DNA of 64,000 bases, from the NCBI GenBank assembly GCA_963422645.2, contig CAXXVO010000004.1:512001-576000 (forward strand). The letters are read 5' to 3'. Position 1 is the stretch's first letter, and every line of letters begins with the position of its first letter. The position numbers and the translations under genes were made by a program. Below are positions 50,836 through 61,657 of this stretch, piece after piece. The notes beneath the pieces were generated by a model. That model was not told where the DNA came from, did not search any database, and saw only the letters and a list, made by a program, of their open reading frames with translations. The stretch is from Alphaproteobacteria bacterium (GTDB taxonomy: Bacteria; Pseudomonadota; Alphaproteobacteria; UBA828).

Positions 50836-52086
50836 ATGAAGACGGAAGGCTTGCACGTCGTCCGGCCGCGCGCGGCGGGTCTGGACGTGCACAAGATGGA
50901 GATCACCGCGACGGTTCGCCTCTGTGAGGGCGAGGGTGAGCCGGTGGTGGAGACGCGCTGCTTCGGCACGCTGCCGAGCGGTCTGGAGGAGATGGTCGCG
51001 TGGCTGACCGGTCACGGCGTCGAGGCTGCGGTGATGGAAGGGACCGGGGTCTACTGGCAGGCGCCCTTCGCGGCCCTGGAGGCGGCCGGGCTCGAGGCGA
51101 TCCTGGTGCATGCGCGTCAGGTGAAGCAGTTGAAGGGGCGCAAGACCGACGTGGCGGACAGCGTGTGGCTGGCCTGCGTGTGCCAGTTCGGGCTCTGCAC
51201 GCCTTCCCACGTTCCGCCTGAGCCGTTCCGGGAGCTGCGCGCACTGAGCCGCCAGCGCCGCGTCCTGGTCAGGCAGCGCTCCGCCGTGCGCAACCGCGTG
51301 CAGAAGATCATCGACCGCGCCGGTGCGCGCATCGGCGGCATCCTCTCCGACGTCTTCGGCGTCAACGGCCGGAAGATCCTCGACGGCCTGGCGCAGGGGA
51401 CGGCGCGCGAGGTCATCCTCGCCTCGCTCACCAGCCACGTTGCGAACAAGCTGGAGGGGCTCGGCGAGGCGCTCACCCTGAGCCTGGGCGACAACGACCG
51501 CTTCATGCTCAACGACCTGCTGGAGGAGCATGACGCGCTTGAGGCGCGCATCGCGTCCTACACCAGGAAGATCGACGGGCAGATGACACCGTGGGAGGAG
51601 CAGCTCCGTCTGCTGACCACCATCCCCGGCATCGACCGCACCGCCGCCTCGACCATCCTCATCGAGATCGGCCCCGACATCGGCGTGTTCGCCTCCAAGG
51701 AGCACTTCGCCGCCTGGGCCGGGCTCTGCCCCGGCAACAACGAGAGCGGGGGCAAGCGCCGCAACGCACGCACCCGCATGGGCTCCAAGACCCTGCGCGC
51801 CTGCCTCGTCGAGTGTGCCCACGGCGCGGCCCGAACCAAGGGGTGCCAGTTCGAGGCTCATCACCGCGCCCTCGCCGCCCGGCGCGGCTACAAGCGCGCC
51901 ATCGTCGCCGGCGCTCACAAGATGCTGCGCATCATCTATGTGGTGCTCAAGACCGGCAGGCCCTACTACGACCGCACGGCCGACTACGACGCTCTGATGG
52001 TCAAGCGCAACGCTCCTCGGTGGATCCGCATGCTCCGCCGCTACGGCTACATCGAGCCCGTAGGCGCGGAACTCAAGGCCGCCTGA
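50836..52086 (+). CDS. IS110-family recombinase (DEDD RuvC + Tnp20 domains)
   Basis: GLDVHK, MEGTGVYW, KTDVADS, TIPGI, WAGLCPGNNESGG; GAGGAGG RBS. Confidence 0.95.
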   Translation: MKTEGLHVVRPRAAGLDVHKMEITATVRLCEGEGEPVVETRCFGTLPSGLEEMVAWLTGHGVEAAVMEGTGVYWQAPFAALEAAGLEAILVHARQVKQLKGRKTDVADSVWLACVCQFGLCTPSHVPPEPFRELRALSRQRRVLVRQRSAVRNRVQKIIDRAGARIGGILSDVFGVNGRKILDGLAQGTAREVILASLTSHVANKLEGLGEALTLSLGDNDRFMLNDLLEEHDALEARIASYTRKIDGQMTPWEEQLRLLTTIPGIDRTAASTILIEIGPDIGVFASKEHFAAWAGLCPGNNESGGKRRNARTRMGSKTLRACLVECAHGAARTKGCQFEAHHRALAARRGYKRAIVAGAHKMLRIIYVVLKTGRPYYDRTADYDALMVKRNAPRWIRMLRRYGYIEPVGAELKAA

Positions 52087-52678
52087 GCGGCCCGCATCTC
52101 GTCAGCCGGCTACGCGGGACCGCTTCGGACCACATCGGGGAAGTCCACCGCTCGTCTCCGCCGCGCCGACCCTGGCGGTCTCAGCCAACGCCGTGACCTC
52201 GGGGTTGGAGCGTCACCGCGCGTCCCTCGCCAGAATCTGTTTCACGGCAAGCACGGCTGGTTGCGCCAATTCAGTCCGCCTAGCAGAACTCTTTCCATGC
52301 ACGCCCCCAGGGACCCACTCCACGTGTAGCAGGGCACGCTGGCGATCCCGCGCGGCGACTATCTGCTCATCCGCTCGACGAAATGCTCTTCGAAGCCGTT
52401 GCCGGGACCGTGTCCCGGCACTGCACCGGATTTGGAAGAGCCGGACCCTATATGTCGACCGCGGTCATTTCCCGACCGGCTTCCGCCTCGTTTCGCAGGA
52501 CGGCCGGTCGGGCAAGGACGACTGGCCCGGATTTCTCATTACGGTCATGGTCGGCGCGGTGCTGTCGGACCGGCAGGGCAGGAAAGCCGCGCCGCTTGAC
52601 ATCGAACGGATCGGGCCGGAGCCTCCTTACGGACCCGAACTGACTGTCCCCTTGTCGTGGACGACGGACACCCTGCAC

Positions 52679-53473
52679 ATGCCCCTGGCGCAGATCGAAG
52701 GCGGCGACATCCACTACGAGGAGGTCGGCGGCGGCGCGATGCTGGCGATGCTGCTGCCGCTAAGTGGTGGGCCGGTCGGCGTGCGCCTGTTCCACGACCG
52801 GTTGGCGGAACGCTTCCGGGTGGTCCGCTACGACCAGCGCGGCACCGGCCGAAGCGCACCCGTGACCGTGCCCGAGGGCATGACCATGGCGGGCCGCACG
52901 GCGGAGCTTGCGGAGCTTTTCGACGCGCTGGGGATCGACAGAGCGCACCTCTTTTGCCACTCCACCGGCTGCGGCATCGGCCTGTCGCTGTCCGCGGCCT
53001 GCCCGGACCGGGTCGCCGGGTTGGTTCTGGTTAATCCATGGAGCCATGGCGATGCGCATCTGAGGGCGATGCAAGGTCTGCGCGTGGCCGCGGCGCGGGC
53101 GCTTGACCCCTACCGCTACGCCTGGTTCAACGCCAGCCTGCTCTTCCCGCCCGACTACCGCCGCGCGCACGCCGAGGCATTCGAGAAGCTGGCCAAGAAC
53201 GCGGCGCCGCAGGATGCCGACCGGATCGAGGGCAGGCTGGAGGCGATCCTGGCTTTCGACGCTCGCCCGCTGGCGCCGGTCCTGACCTGCCCTACCCTGG
53301 TCGCGACCGCGGCCGATGACCAGCTGATGCCGCCCTGGTTCGGCGCGGAACTAGCGGCGCTGATCCCCGGTGCGACCCACCGCGCGCTGGACGGCGGCGG
53401 CCACATGCTGCCGGAGACGCGCGGCGACGCGCTGGCCAACGCGGTTGCGGACTTTCTCGACACGGTCGCTTGA
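52679..53473 (+). CDS. Alpha/beta hydrolase (RutD-like)
   Basis: YDQRGTGRS, CHSTG nucleophile elbow, A.DDQL, GGGH. Confidence 0.8.
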   Translation: MPLAQIEGGDIHYEEVGGGAMLAMLLPLSGGPVGVRLFHDRLAERFRVVRYDQRGTGRSAPVTVPEGMTMAGRTAELAELFDALGIDRAHLFCHSTGCGIGLSLSAACPDRVAGLVLVNPWSHGDAHLRAMQGLRVAAARALDPYRYAWFNASLLFPPDYRRAHAEAFEKLAKNAAPQDADRIEGRLEAILAFDARPLAPVLTCPTLVATAADDQLMPPWFGAELAALIPGATHRALDGGGHMLPETRGDALANAVADFLDTVA

Positions 53474-53534
53474 ACCCTTCGGCCTCGTCGGAGTAGCGGC
53501 GCGCCCGCATGTTTTCGGTGGGCCATTGCTACCG

Positions 53535-53625
53535 CGGCAGGCGCAGCACCTGGATTTACTCGCGCTTGCCGCGCGGGCCAAAGCGGGCTTTGCGGAGATG
53601 GCGCAGGGCGTCGAGGTCGGCGAAC
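53535..53625 (-). pseudogene. Degenerate istA fragment
   Basis: Reads ..ALRHLRKARFGPRGKRE*IQVLRL, homologous to 32761-32840. Confidence 0.6.
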
Positions 53626-53730
53626 AGTGCCGCTGTCGCCGTTCGTCGCGCGCTGGAACACGCAGACGCAACTTTCAGATGGAATAGTTGAACGTCATGA
53701 CTCCGATTTAAAGCCCACTGATTGTTGTTA

Positions 53731-54168
53731 GTAACTGCCCAGGTACCCCCTCTCTCTTATGGAACAAGCCAGTTCCTTTTGCGTCAACGCCCCCACGCCG
53801 CGGGGGTGCCTACTCTCTTGAGCGCGAGAGGATGATGAACGCCGCGTCGCGAACAAGATGAGAGGACAGCGATACTCAGGATGAGCCGGAGAAGTTCAGG
53901 AGCGCAGTATAGGGATCAGCTGCATCGGTTCCGGGTGCGCCAGGATTTGCAGGATGTTCCAGCCTTGCTTTCGAGCGGTGACGATGACGCTGCGCATTCC
54001 GGCGAAGTTGCAGGCGCCTTGCAGGGAGCGGAAGCCGCCTGAGATCTTCTCATGCACTTTGTTCATACGGATGTCACGCTCCGCCTCGTTATTCGTGAAC
54101 GGCGTGCGCAGGTCGGTGAGGAAGCGCAGGCAGCCCTCCTTATGCTTTTGAAGGCGGCGCGCGAGGTT
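53731..54168 (-). mobile_element. IS66 right-end segment (438 bp), copy 2
   Basis: Reverse complement of 24989-25426, starting exactly at the IRR GTAACTGCCCAGGTACCCC; includes the transposase 3' fragment ending at 53896. Confidence 0.92.
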
Positions 54169-56683
54169 CAGACTTCCTGACCTCGTGATGCTGGCTGTTC
54201 TGGGCAGCGTGCCGGGAACTCCTTGAATTCTGATACATTTCGGTTGTTTCAGGCGGTTTTTCGCTGGGTGTCGCGCCCGAGGTCTGATATTATAATTTGA
54301 TACCAATTGCACGGTCTCAACCATGCCCAGTACCCTCCCAATGTGCCCTCCAGAGGCGGTCTCGATCGGCAACAGCTGCTTCGCCGTCCTGATCTCGGAC
54401 GACACCTTCACCTACTTTTCCAACCTCATTCCCTTTGACAGCCACGCCGCCGATGACCGCACGGCCATGCTCTTGCGGATCGGCCGCCTCGCGGCGATCA
54501 GCGCGGTCTCGCCGCAGGAACTGGCTGACGCTTTCGCTGTCTCGCGCGCGACGGTGCAGCGCGCACGACGGCGCTACCTGGCCGAGGGCGAAGCGGGGTT
54601 CATGAAGCCCCGGCGCGGTCGCGGGCCGTCGGTGTTCACTCCGGAGTTGGCGGAGAAGGCGACGGCGTTGCTGGCATCGGGCCTGAGCGGCTCTGCGGCG
54701 GCCCGGGTTCTCGGCGTGTCAGCGCCATCGGTCAACAAGTGGCGCCGTCAGGGACTGATCGGCAACACGGAGGCGGATGGGGAGCCCGGACGCTCAGCGC
54801 TGGCTGCGCCGCCTGACGCGGGTGCGGCTCCTGAAGGCCGTGTCGATGAAGAGAGTACCGGTGCCCCGGGGCCGGAGACGGCGCCGGGGCTGGAAGCGCA
54901 GCCGCAAACGGATCGCAGCGCGCGCGATCGGCGGGACCGGCAGGCGCCGATGGGGCGTGCGACTTGCGATGTTCCGGCTCGGGTTCTGGCCAGTTGTGGA
55001 CAGGCGGGGCCGGTCGAACCGCAGTTCGCCGCCGCCGCCCGCGGTGTCCGCTTCGGCGGCGTGCTCGCCGCCCTGCCGGCCCTGCTGAAGGAAGGTCTTC
55101 TCTCCGAGACCGGTCTCCTGCCATTGCTGCCGAAGGGCTATTACGGCTTGCCTACGATCCTGCTCTTCCTGGCCTTCATGACCTTGGCGCGGGTGCGCAA
55201 CCCCGAGAGCCTGCGCTACCAGGCGCCGGGCGAATGGGGCGCCATTCTCGGCCTCGATCGCTGCCCCGAGGTCAAGACGCTGCGCCGCAAGATCGCTCTC
55301 ATCGCCGACGACGAGGCCGGCGTGCGGGCGTGGCAGCTCGCCCTTGCCAGGCGCTGGCAGGCGCCGACGAGCCGGAGCTCTGGGCGACGCTGGCCATCGA
55401 CGGGCACGTCAAGGTCTACTCCGGCCGCAAGGGGCGCTTGCCCAAGCACTTCGTCTCGCGCGAGAAGCTGTGCCTGCCGGCGAGCGCCAGCTACTGGATC
55501 AACGCTCTGGGCGGCAAGCCGCTGCTCTGTCTGCACAAGCCGCTGGACCCGAAGATGGTCGCGGCCATCGAAGCCGACGTGGTGCCGGCGCTGCAGGAGC
55601 TTGGGATCGTTGGCGCCGGGGCGCCGGACCTGACCGCCGAGCATCCCGGCCAGCCGGCGCTCACCCTGGTCTTCGACCGCGAGGGCTGGAGCCCGGATCT
55701 GTTCCGCCGGCTGGCGAGGCGCGGCGTCGCCTGCCTGACCTGGCACAAGAACTTCAGGGGCGAGGACTGGCCGGCCGAGGACTTCGGCGCGATGACCGTT
55801 CCCATTCACGGACCGGCGGCGGACGGCAGCGCCACCATGCGGCTGGCTGAGAAGCCGGTGACGTTGCCGAACGGCTTCAGGGTGCGCCAGATCCGCCGCC
55901 TGCTCGACAACGGCCGTCAGGTGCCGCTGATCACCACCGATCCGCACAAGCCGATGGCTGAGGTTGCGGGCGCCATGTTCTCGCGCTGGTCGCAGGAGAA
56001 CTTCTTCAAGTACATGCGTGACGAGTTCAATCTCGACGCCCTGCCGACCCACGAGCTCGAGCCTCTCGATCCCGCCGCCATGGTCGTCAACCCGCTGCGG
56101 CGGGCCTATGACAAGGCAATCCATCGCCTCGACCGCCAGCTTGGCCGCCTGCGCAACCGCATCGCCGACACGGCCCGGAAGAAGCAGCCGACGGCGGAAC
56201 TCAGGAGGGAAGTCAGGGACCTCCAGGATGTCCGCGACATCGTCAGGGCCAGCCGCAGGGAGACGCCCAAGCACTGCCGGGCCGGCGCGACCTCGACGAA
56301 GCCGAGCAGCTCGATGCCTTGCCCGCGCGCGAGCGCCTCCTCCTCGACGTCATCCGGATGATCGCCTACCGCGCCGAAACCCGCATGATGCTTCCCGTCA
56401 TGCAGGCGCAGGGCCACAAGCCCCATCCCCGGAAACTGCTTCAAGCGCTGCTCACCGCCGATGCCGACATCCTGCCGGATCCTGGCAATGGCCTCCTGCG
56501 GGTCCACATTCTTGGCCTCGCAAACGACGCCTGCGACCGTTGGATCGATGCGGTTCTGAGCGACCTGAACGCCACCGAAACGGTCTTCCCCGGCACCCGT
56601 CTGCGCATAGTCTATGACATCGACGGGGCCTCGGAATCCGCGCGGCTCGTGTCACCTAAAATCAGCAGAGGTCAGGAAGTCTG
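54169..56683 (+). mobile_element. ISX copy 2 (2515 bp); transposase 54323-56684 with two frameshifts
   Basis: Both 16-bp IRs; left flank AGGTT, right flank AGTCT (no duplication). Confidence 0.92.
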
Positions 56684-56741
56684 AGTCTACGTGGTACGGA
56701 GCGGTCCCGGATCGTATGGGGCCGTTTCCGGCCGTTCGATT

Positions 56742-56757
56742 TTGGCGCACATTTTGC
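56742..56757 (+). promoter_or_regulatory. Possible sigma54 -24/-12 promoter in an orphan spacer
   Basis: TTGGCGCACATTTTGC has GG-N10-GC spacing. Confidence 0.3.
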
Positions 56758-56983
56758 GGCTGCTCCGAGTGGCCGACTAGCCCACTCCCCACATCTTGCT
56801 GGCCGGCGGTCGCGCACGTCACCCCAAACGCCCAAGCCAACATTTGGCCACCGCTTCGGCGCAAGTGGATGATTGGATGTGGAAAATTTCAATTGTCCAC
56901 TCTGCCACGCGAGGTGGCAAGAGTGCCATGACCGCGCGCTGGGTGCGCCGGGTACCACCTGCGGGCACCACATTGGATATTTC

Positions 56984-57421
56984 GTAACTGCCCAGGTACC
57001 CCCTCTCTCTTATGGAACAAGCCAGTTCCTTTTGCGTCAACGCCCCCACGCCGCGGGGGTGCCTACTCTCTTGAGCGCGAGAGGATGATGAACGCCGCGT
57101 CGCGAACAAGATGAGAGGACAGCGATACTCAGGATGAGCCGGAGAAGTTCAGGAGCGCAGTATAGGGATCAGCTGCATCGGTTCCGGGTGCGCCAGGATT
57201 TGCAGGATGTTCCAGCCTTGCTTTCGAGCGGTGACGATGACGCTGCGCATTCCGGCGAAGTTGCAGGCGCCTTGCAGGGAGCGGAAGCCGCCTGAGATCT
57301 TCTCATGCACTTTGTTCATACGGATGTCACGCTCCGCCTCGTTATTCGTGAACGGCGTGCGCAGGTCGGTGAGGAAGCGCAGGCAGCCCTCCTTATGCTT
57401 TTGAAGGCGGCGCGCGAGGTT
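56984..57421 (-). mobile_element. IS66 right-end segment (438 bp), copy 3
   Basis: Matches 53731-54168 and starts exactly at the IRR. Confidence 0.92.
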
Positions 57422-59934
57422 CAGACTTCCTGACCTCGTGATGCTGGCTGTTCTGGGCAGCGTGCCGGGAACTCCTTGAATTCTGATACATTTCGGTTGT
57501 TTCAGGCGGTTTTTCGCTGGGTGTCGCGCCCGAGGTCTGATATTATAATTTGATACCAATTGCACGGTCTCAACCATGCCCAGTACCCTCCCAATGTGCC
57601 CTCCAGAGGCGGTCTCGATCGGCAACAGCTGCTTCGCCGTCCTGATCTCGGACGACACCTTCACCTACTTTTCCAACCTCATTCCCTTTGACAGCCACGC
57701 CGCCGATGACCGCACGGCCATGCTCTTGCGGATCGGCCGCCTCGCGGCGATCAGCGCGGTCTCGCCGCAGGAACTGGCTGACGCTTTCGCTGTCTCGCGC
57801 GCGACGGTGCAGCGCGCACGACGGCGCTACCTGGCCGAGGGCGAAGCGGGGTTCATGAAGCCCCGGCGCGGTCGCGGGCCGTCGGTGTTCACTCCGGAGT
57901 TGGCGGAGAAGGCGACGGCGTTGCTGGCATCGGGCCTGAGCGGCTCTGCGGCGGCCCGGGTTCTCGGCGTGTCAGCGCCATCGGTCAACAAGTGGCGCCG
58001 TCAGGGACTGATCGGCAACACGGAGGCGGATGGGGAGCCCGGACGCTCAGCGCTGGCTGCGCCGCCTGACGCGGGTGCGGCTCCTGAAGGCCGTGTCGAT
58101 GAAGAGAGTACCGGTGCCCCGGGGCCGGAGACGGCGCCGGGGCTGGAAGCGCAGCCGCAAACGGATCGCAGCGCGCGCGATCGGCGGGACCGGCAGGCGC
58201 CGATGGGGCGTGCGACTTGCGATGTTCCGGCTCGGGTTCTGGCCAGTTGTGGACAGGCGGGGCCGGTCGAACCGCAGTTCGCCGCCGCCGCCCGCGGTGT
58301 CCGCTTCGGCGGCGTGCTCGCCGCCCTGCCGGCCCTGCTGAAGGAAGGTCTTCTCTCCGAGACCGGTCTCCTGCCATTGCTGCCGAAGGGCTATTACGGC
58401 TTGCCTACGATCCTGCTCTTCCTGGCCTTCATGACCTTGGCGCGGGTGCGCAACCCCGAGAGCCTGCGCTACCAGGCGCCGGGCGAATGGGGCGCCATTC
58501 TCGGCCTCGATCGCTGCCCCGAGGTCAAGACGCTGCGCCGCAAGATCGCTCTCATCGCCGACGACGAGGCCGGCGTGCGGGCGTGGCAGCTCGCCCTTGC
58601 CAGGCGCTGGCAGGCGCCGACGAGCCGGAGCTCTGGGCGACGCTGGCCATCGACGGGCACGTCAAGGTCTACTCCGGCCGCAAGGGGCGCTTGCCCAAGC
58701 ACTTCGTCTCGCGCGAGAAGCTGTGCCTGCCGGCACGCGCCAGCTACTGGATCAACGCTCTGGGCGGCAAGCCGCTGCTCTGTCTGCACAAGCCGCTGGA
58801 CCCGAAGATGGTCGCGGCCATCGAAGCCGACGTGGTGCCGGCGCTGCAGGAGCTTGGGATCGTTGGCGCCGGGGCGCCGGACCTGACCGCCGAGCATCCC
58901 GGCCAGCCGGCGCTCACCCTGGTCTTCGACCGCGAGGGCTGGAGCCCGGATCTGTTCCGCCGGCTGGCGAGGCGCGGCGTCGCCTGCCTGACCTGGCACA
59001 AGAACTTCAGGGGCGAGGACTGGCCGGCCGAGGACTTCGGCGCGATGACCGTTCCCATTCACGGACCGGCGGCGGACGGCAGCGCCACCATGCGGCTGGC
59101 TGAGAAGCCGGTGACGTTGCCGAACGGCTTCAGGGTGCGCCAGATCCGCCGCCTGCTCGACAACGGCCGTCAGGTGCCGCTGATCACCACCGATCCGCAC
59201 AAGCCGATGGCTGAGGTTGCGGGCGCCATGTTCTCGCGCTGGTCGCAGGAGAACTTCTTCAAGTACATGCGTGACGAGTTCAATCTCGACGCCCTGCCGA
59301 CCCACGAGCTCGAGCCTCTCGATCCCGCCGCCATGGTCGTCAACCCGCTGCGGCGGGCCTATGACAAGGCAATCCATCGCCTCGACCGCCAGCTTGGCCG
59401 CCTGCGCAACCGCATCGCCGACACGGCCCGGAAGAAGCAGCCGACGGCGGAACTCAGGAGGGAAGTCAGGGACCTCCAGGATGTCCGCGACATCGTCAGG
59501 GCCAGCCGCAGGGAGACGCCCAAGCACTGCCGGGCCGGCGACCTCGACGAAGCCGAGCAGCTCGATGCCTTGCCCGCGCGCGAGCGCCTCCTCCTCGACG
59601 TCATCCGGATGATCGCCTACCGCGCCGAAACCCGCATGATGATTCCCGTCATGCAGGCGCAGGGCCACAAGCCCCATCCCCGGAAACTGCTTCAAGCGCT
59701 GCTCACCGCCGATGCCGACATCCTGCCGGATCCTGGCAATGGCCTCCTGCGGGTCCACATTCTTGGCCTCGCAAACGACGCCTGCGACCGTTGGATCGAT
59801 GCGGTTCTGAGCGACCTGAACGCCACCGAAACGGTCTTCCCCGGCACCCGTCTGCGCATAGTCTACGACATCGACGGGGCCTCGGAATCCGCGCGGCTCG
59901 TGTCACCTAAAATCAGCAGAGGTCAGGAAGTCTG
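57422..59934 (+). mobile_element. ISX copy 3 (2513 bp); transposase 57576-59935 with one frameshift
   Basis: Both IRs; left flank AGGTT, right flank AACCT. Confidence 0.92.
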
Positions 59935-60044
59935 AACCTATACAGTCAAGCGGAGATCAACGACGCGCCGACGGCGAAACGGCACCGACGGCAAGCAACA
60001 TCAGCACGCACTCAGAACTGGCGGCGGGGTACCTGGGTAGTTAC
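59935..60044 (-). mobile_element. Left end of a related IS66 isoform
   Basis: GGGGTACCTGGGTAGTTAC (60026-60044) is the exact reverse complement of the IRL at 18237; the internal 90 bp are only patchily similar to 18256-18340. Confidence 0.8.
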
Positions 60045-60341
60045 CATCTTTGTTGGCATAAGTCTCCAATTGGATTGAGCAAATGTGAAAATAAATTCGT
60101 ATTCTGGCGAAGTATGGCAGTCCTGCTTTGGCGTCCTATACCGGATAGATGGTGCCTTGAGCACAGGCCCGCATAGACACACACTGACGGGCAAGACACG
60201 GTACGACGGTGAAGTAGCCTCGCGCCGTGCATCCTGCGACAGTGCCAGGAAATTCGGCCTTTGTGCCGCAGCGCATGCTGCAACGTTGACGGCGCCACCC
60301 GCCTCGCAGCACGATCTTTGTCAACGGTTAGGGTGAGGACA

Positions 60342-61544
60342 ATGGAGCAACTCAAAAGGATCCAGAACGGCGAGAAGGTCAGGCCGACATTCTCCGCGCA
60401 AGAAATGAACCGGCGGCTCAAGGCCTTGCGCGCCTACATGGCCGAGAAGCAGATCGATGCTTGTCTGTTCACCTCGCATCACAACATCCACTACTTCAGT
60501 GACTTCCTCTACTGCTCCTTCGGCCGCAACTACGGCCTGGTGGTCACGCAGGGGAGCCAGACCACGATCTCGGCCAACATCGACGCAGGTCAGCCATGGC
60601 GGCGCACCTTCGGCGACAACCTCGTCTATACCGACTGGCACCGGGACAACTACTTCGTTGCCGTCAAGCAACTGATTCAGGACGGTGGACGTGTCGGCAT
60701 CGAGTTCGACCGCATCAATGTTGAGAACCTGCGCAAGCTGCAAGGTGCGTTGCCGACAGCGGAACTGGTCGACGTGAGCAAGCCCACCATGCGTATGCGC
60801 ATGGTCAAGTCCGACGAAGAGATTGCCTGGGTCCGAGAGAGCGCCCGCATCGCCGACATCGGCGGCGCGGCCTGCGTGGAGGCAATCGGGGTCGGCGTGC
60901 CGGAATTCGAAGTGGCGCTCCACGCGACTCAAGCCATGGTGCGCGAGATCGGCCAAAGCCAGCCCCATGTGGAGCTGATGGACACCTGGACCTGGTTCCA
61001 GTCCGGCATCAACACCGACGGCGCCCATAACCCCGTGACCTCACGCCGGATCGAGCGCGGCGACATCCTGAGCCTCAATTGCTTCCCCATGCCATCGGGC
61101 TACTACACGGCGCTGGAGCGGACACTCTTCGCCGAGGAATGCTCCGACGAGTACCTGCGGCTCTGGAACATCAATGTCGAAGTGCACGAGGCCGGGATTG
61201 CGCTGATCAAACCGGGCACCCGCTGCTGCGACATCGCCGCCGAGCTCAACACGATTTACGAGCGCTATGGCCTGCTAAAGAACCGCACCTTCGGCTACGG
61301 CCACAGCTTCGGCGTGCTTTGCCACTATTACGGCCGCGAGGCGGGACTTGAGCTTCGCGAGGATGTGCCGACCGTATTGGAGCCCAATATGGTGGTGTCC
61401 ATGGAGCCGATGATCATGATTCCCGAAGGCGAGCCCGGGGCAGGCGGTTACCGCGAGCACGACATCCTGGTAGTGACTAAGGACGGCGCCGAAGACATCA
61501 CCGGCTTCCCCTACGGGCCGGCGCACAACATCGTGTGCGCGTGA
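60342..61544 (+). CDS. Creatinase (creatine amidinohydrolase)
   Basis: NGEKV.PTFS..EM, FLYCSFGR.YG, ELMDTWTWFQSGINTDGAHNPVT, HYYGREAGLELRED, GAGGYREHDIL. Confidence 0.92.
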   Translation: MEQLKRIQNGEKVRPTFSAQEMNRRLKALRAYMAEKQIDACLFTSHHNIHYFSDFLYCSFGRNYGLVVTQGSQTTISANIDAGQPWRRTFGDNLVYTDWHRDNYFVAVKQLIQDGGRVGIEFDRINVENLRKLQGALPTAELVDVSKPTMRMRMVKSDEEIAWVRESARIADIGGAACVEAIGVGVPEFEVALHATQAMVREIGQSQPHVELMDTWTWFQSGINTDGAHNPVTSRRIERGDILSLNCFPMPSGYYTALERTLFAEECSDEYLRLWNINVEVHEAGIALIKPGTRCCDIAAELNTIYERYGLLKNRTFGYGHSFGVLCHYYGREAGLELREDVPTVLEPNMVVSMEPMIMIPEGEPGAGGYREHDILVVTKDGAEDITGFPYGPAHNIVCA

Positions 61545-61657
61545 CGAACCGGCCTTACGAAAGCGCCCGTGAGGCCGGCTGGTCGCCCCACCGGGAGGTT
61601 TCATGCTAAGACCAAGCGGCGGCGGGGCAATTCCAAGCGTCACCGGGAAGGGAGGCG

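Larger units (their letters stand above)
50518..52249 (+). mobile_element. IS110-family element
   Basis: GGCA at both boundaries (50518-50521, 52246-52249) with subterminal IR TGAAACAG (50522-50529) / CTGTTTCA (52237-52244). Exact ends inferred. Confidence 0.7.

Noticed and set aside
52193-52678. Long N-terminal extension on the alpha/beta hydrolase
   Set aside because: Starts inside the IS110 right end and has no recognisable domain; ATG 52679 fits the family start.
53896-54411. 171-aa protein (also 57149-57664 and 24845-25261)
   Set aside because: Chimeric read-through from the ISX end into the IS66 transposase tail.
56971-56983. Similarity of this flank (ATTGGATATTTC) to the reverse complement of 25427-25444
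   Set aside because: Too short and gapped to distinguish from chance or AT-rich target preference.
53731-59934. Simple tandem duplication
   Set aside because: The units are separated by unique DNA, end precisely at IS termini and differ by several substitutions and indels; misassembly cannot be fully excluded without reads.
60045-60341. Riboswitch upstream of creatinase
   Set aside because: No recognisable aptamer consensus by eye; an Rfam scan would be needed.
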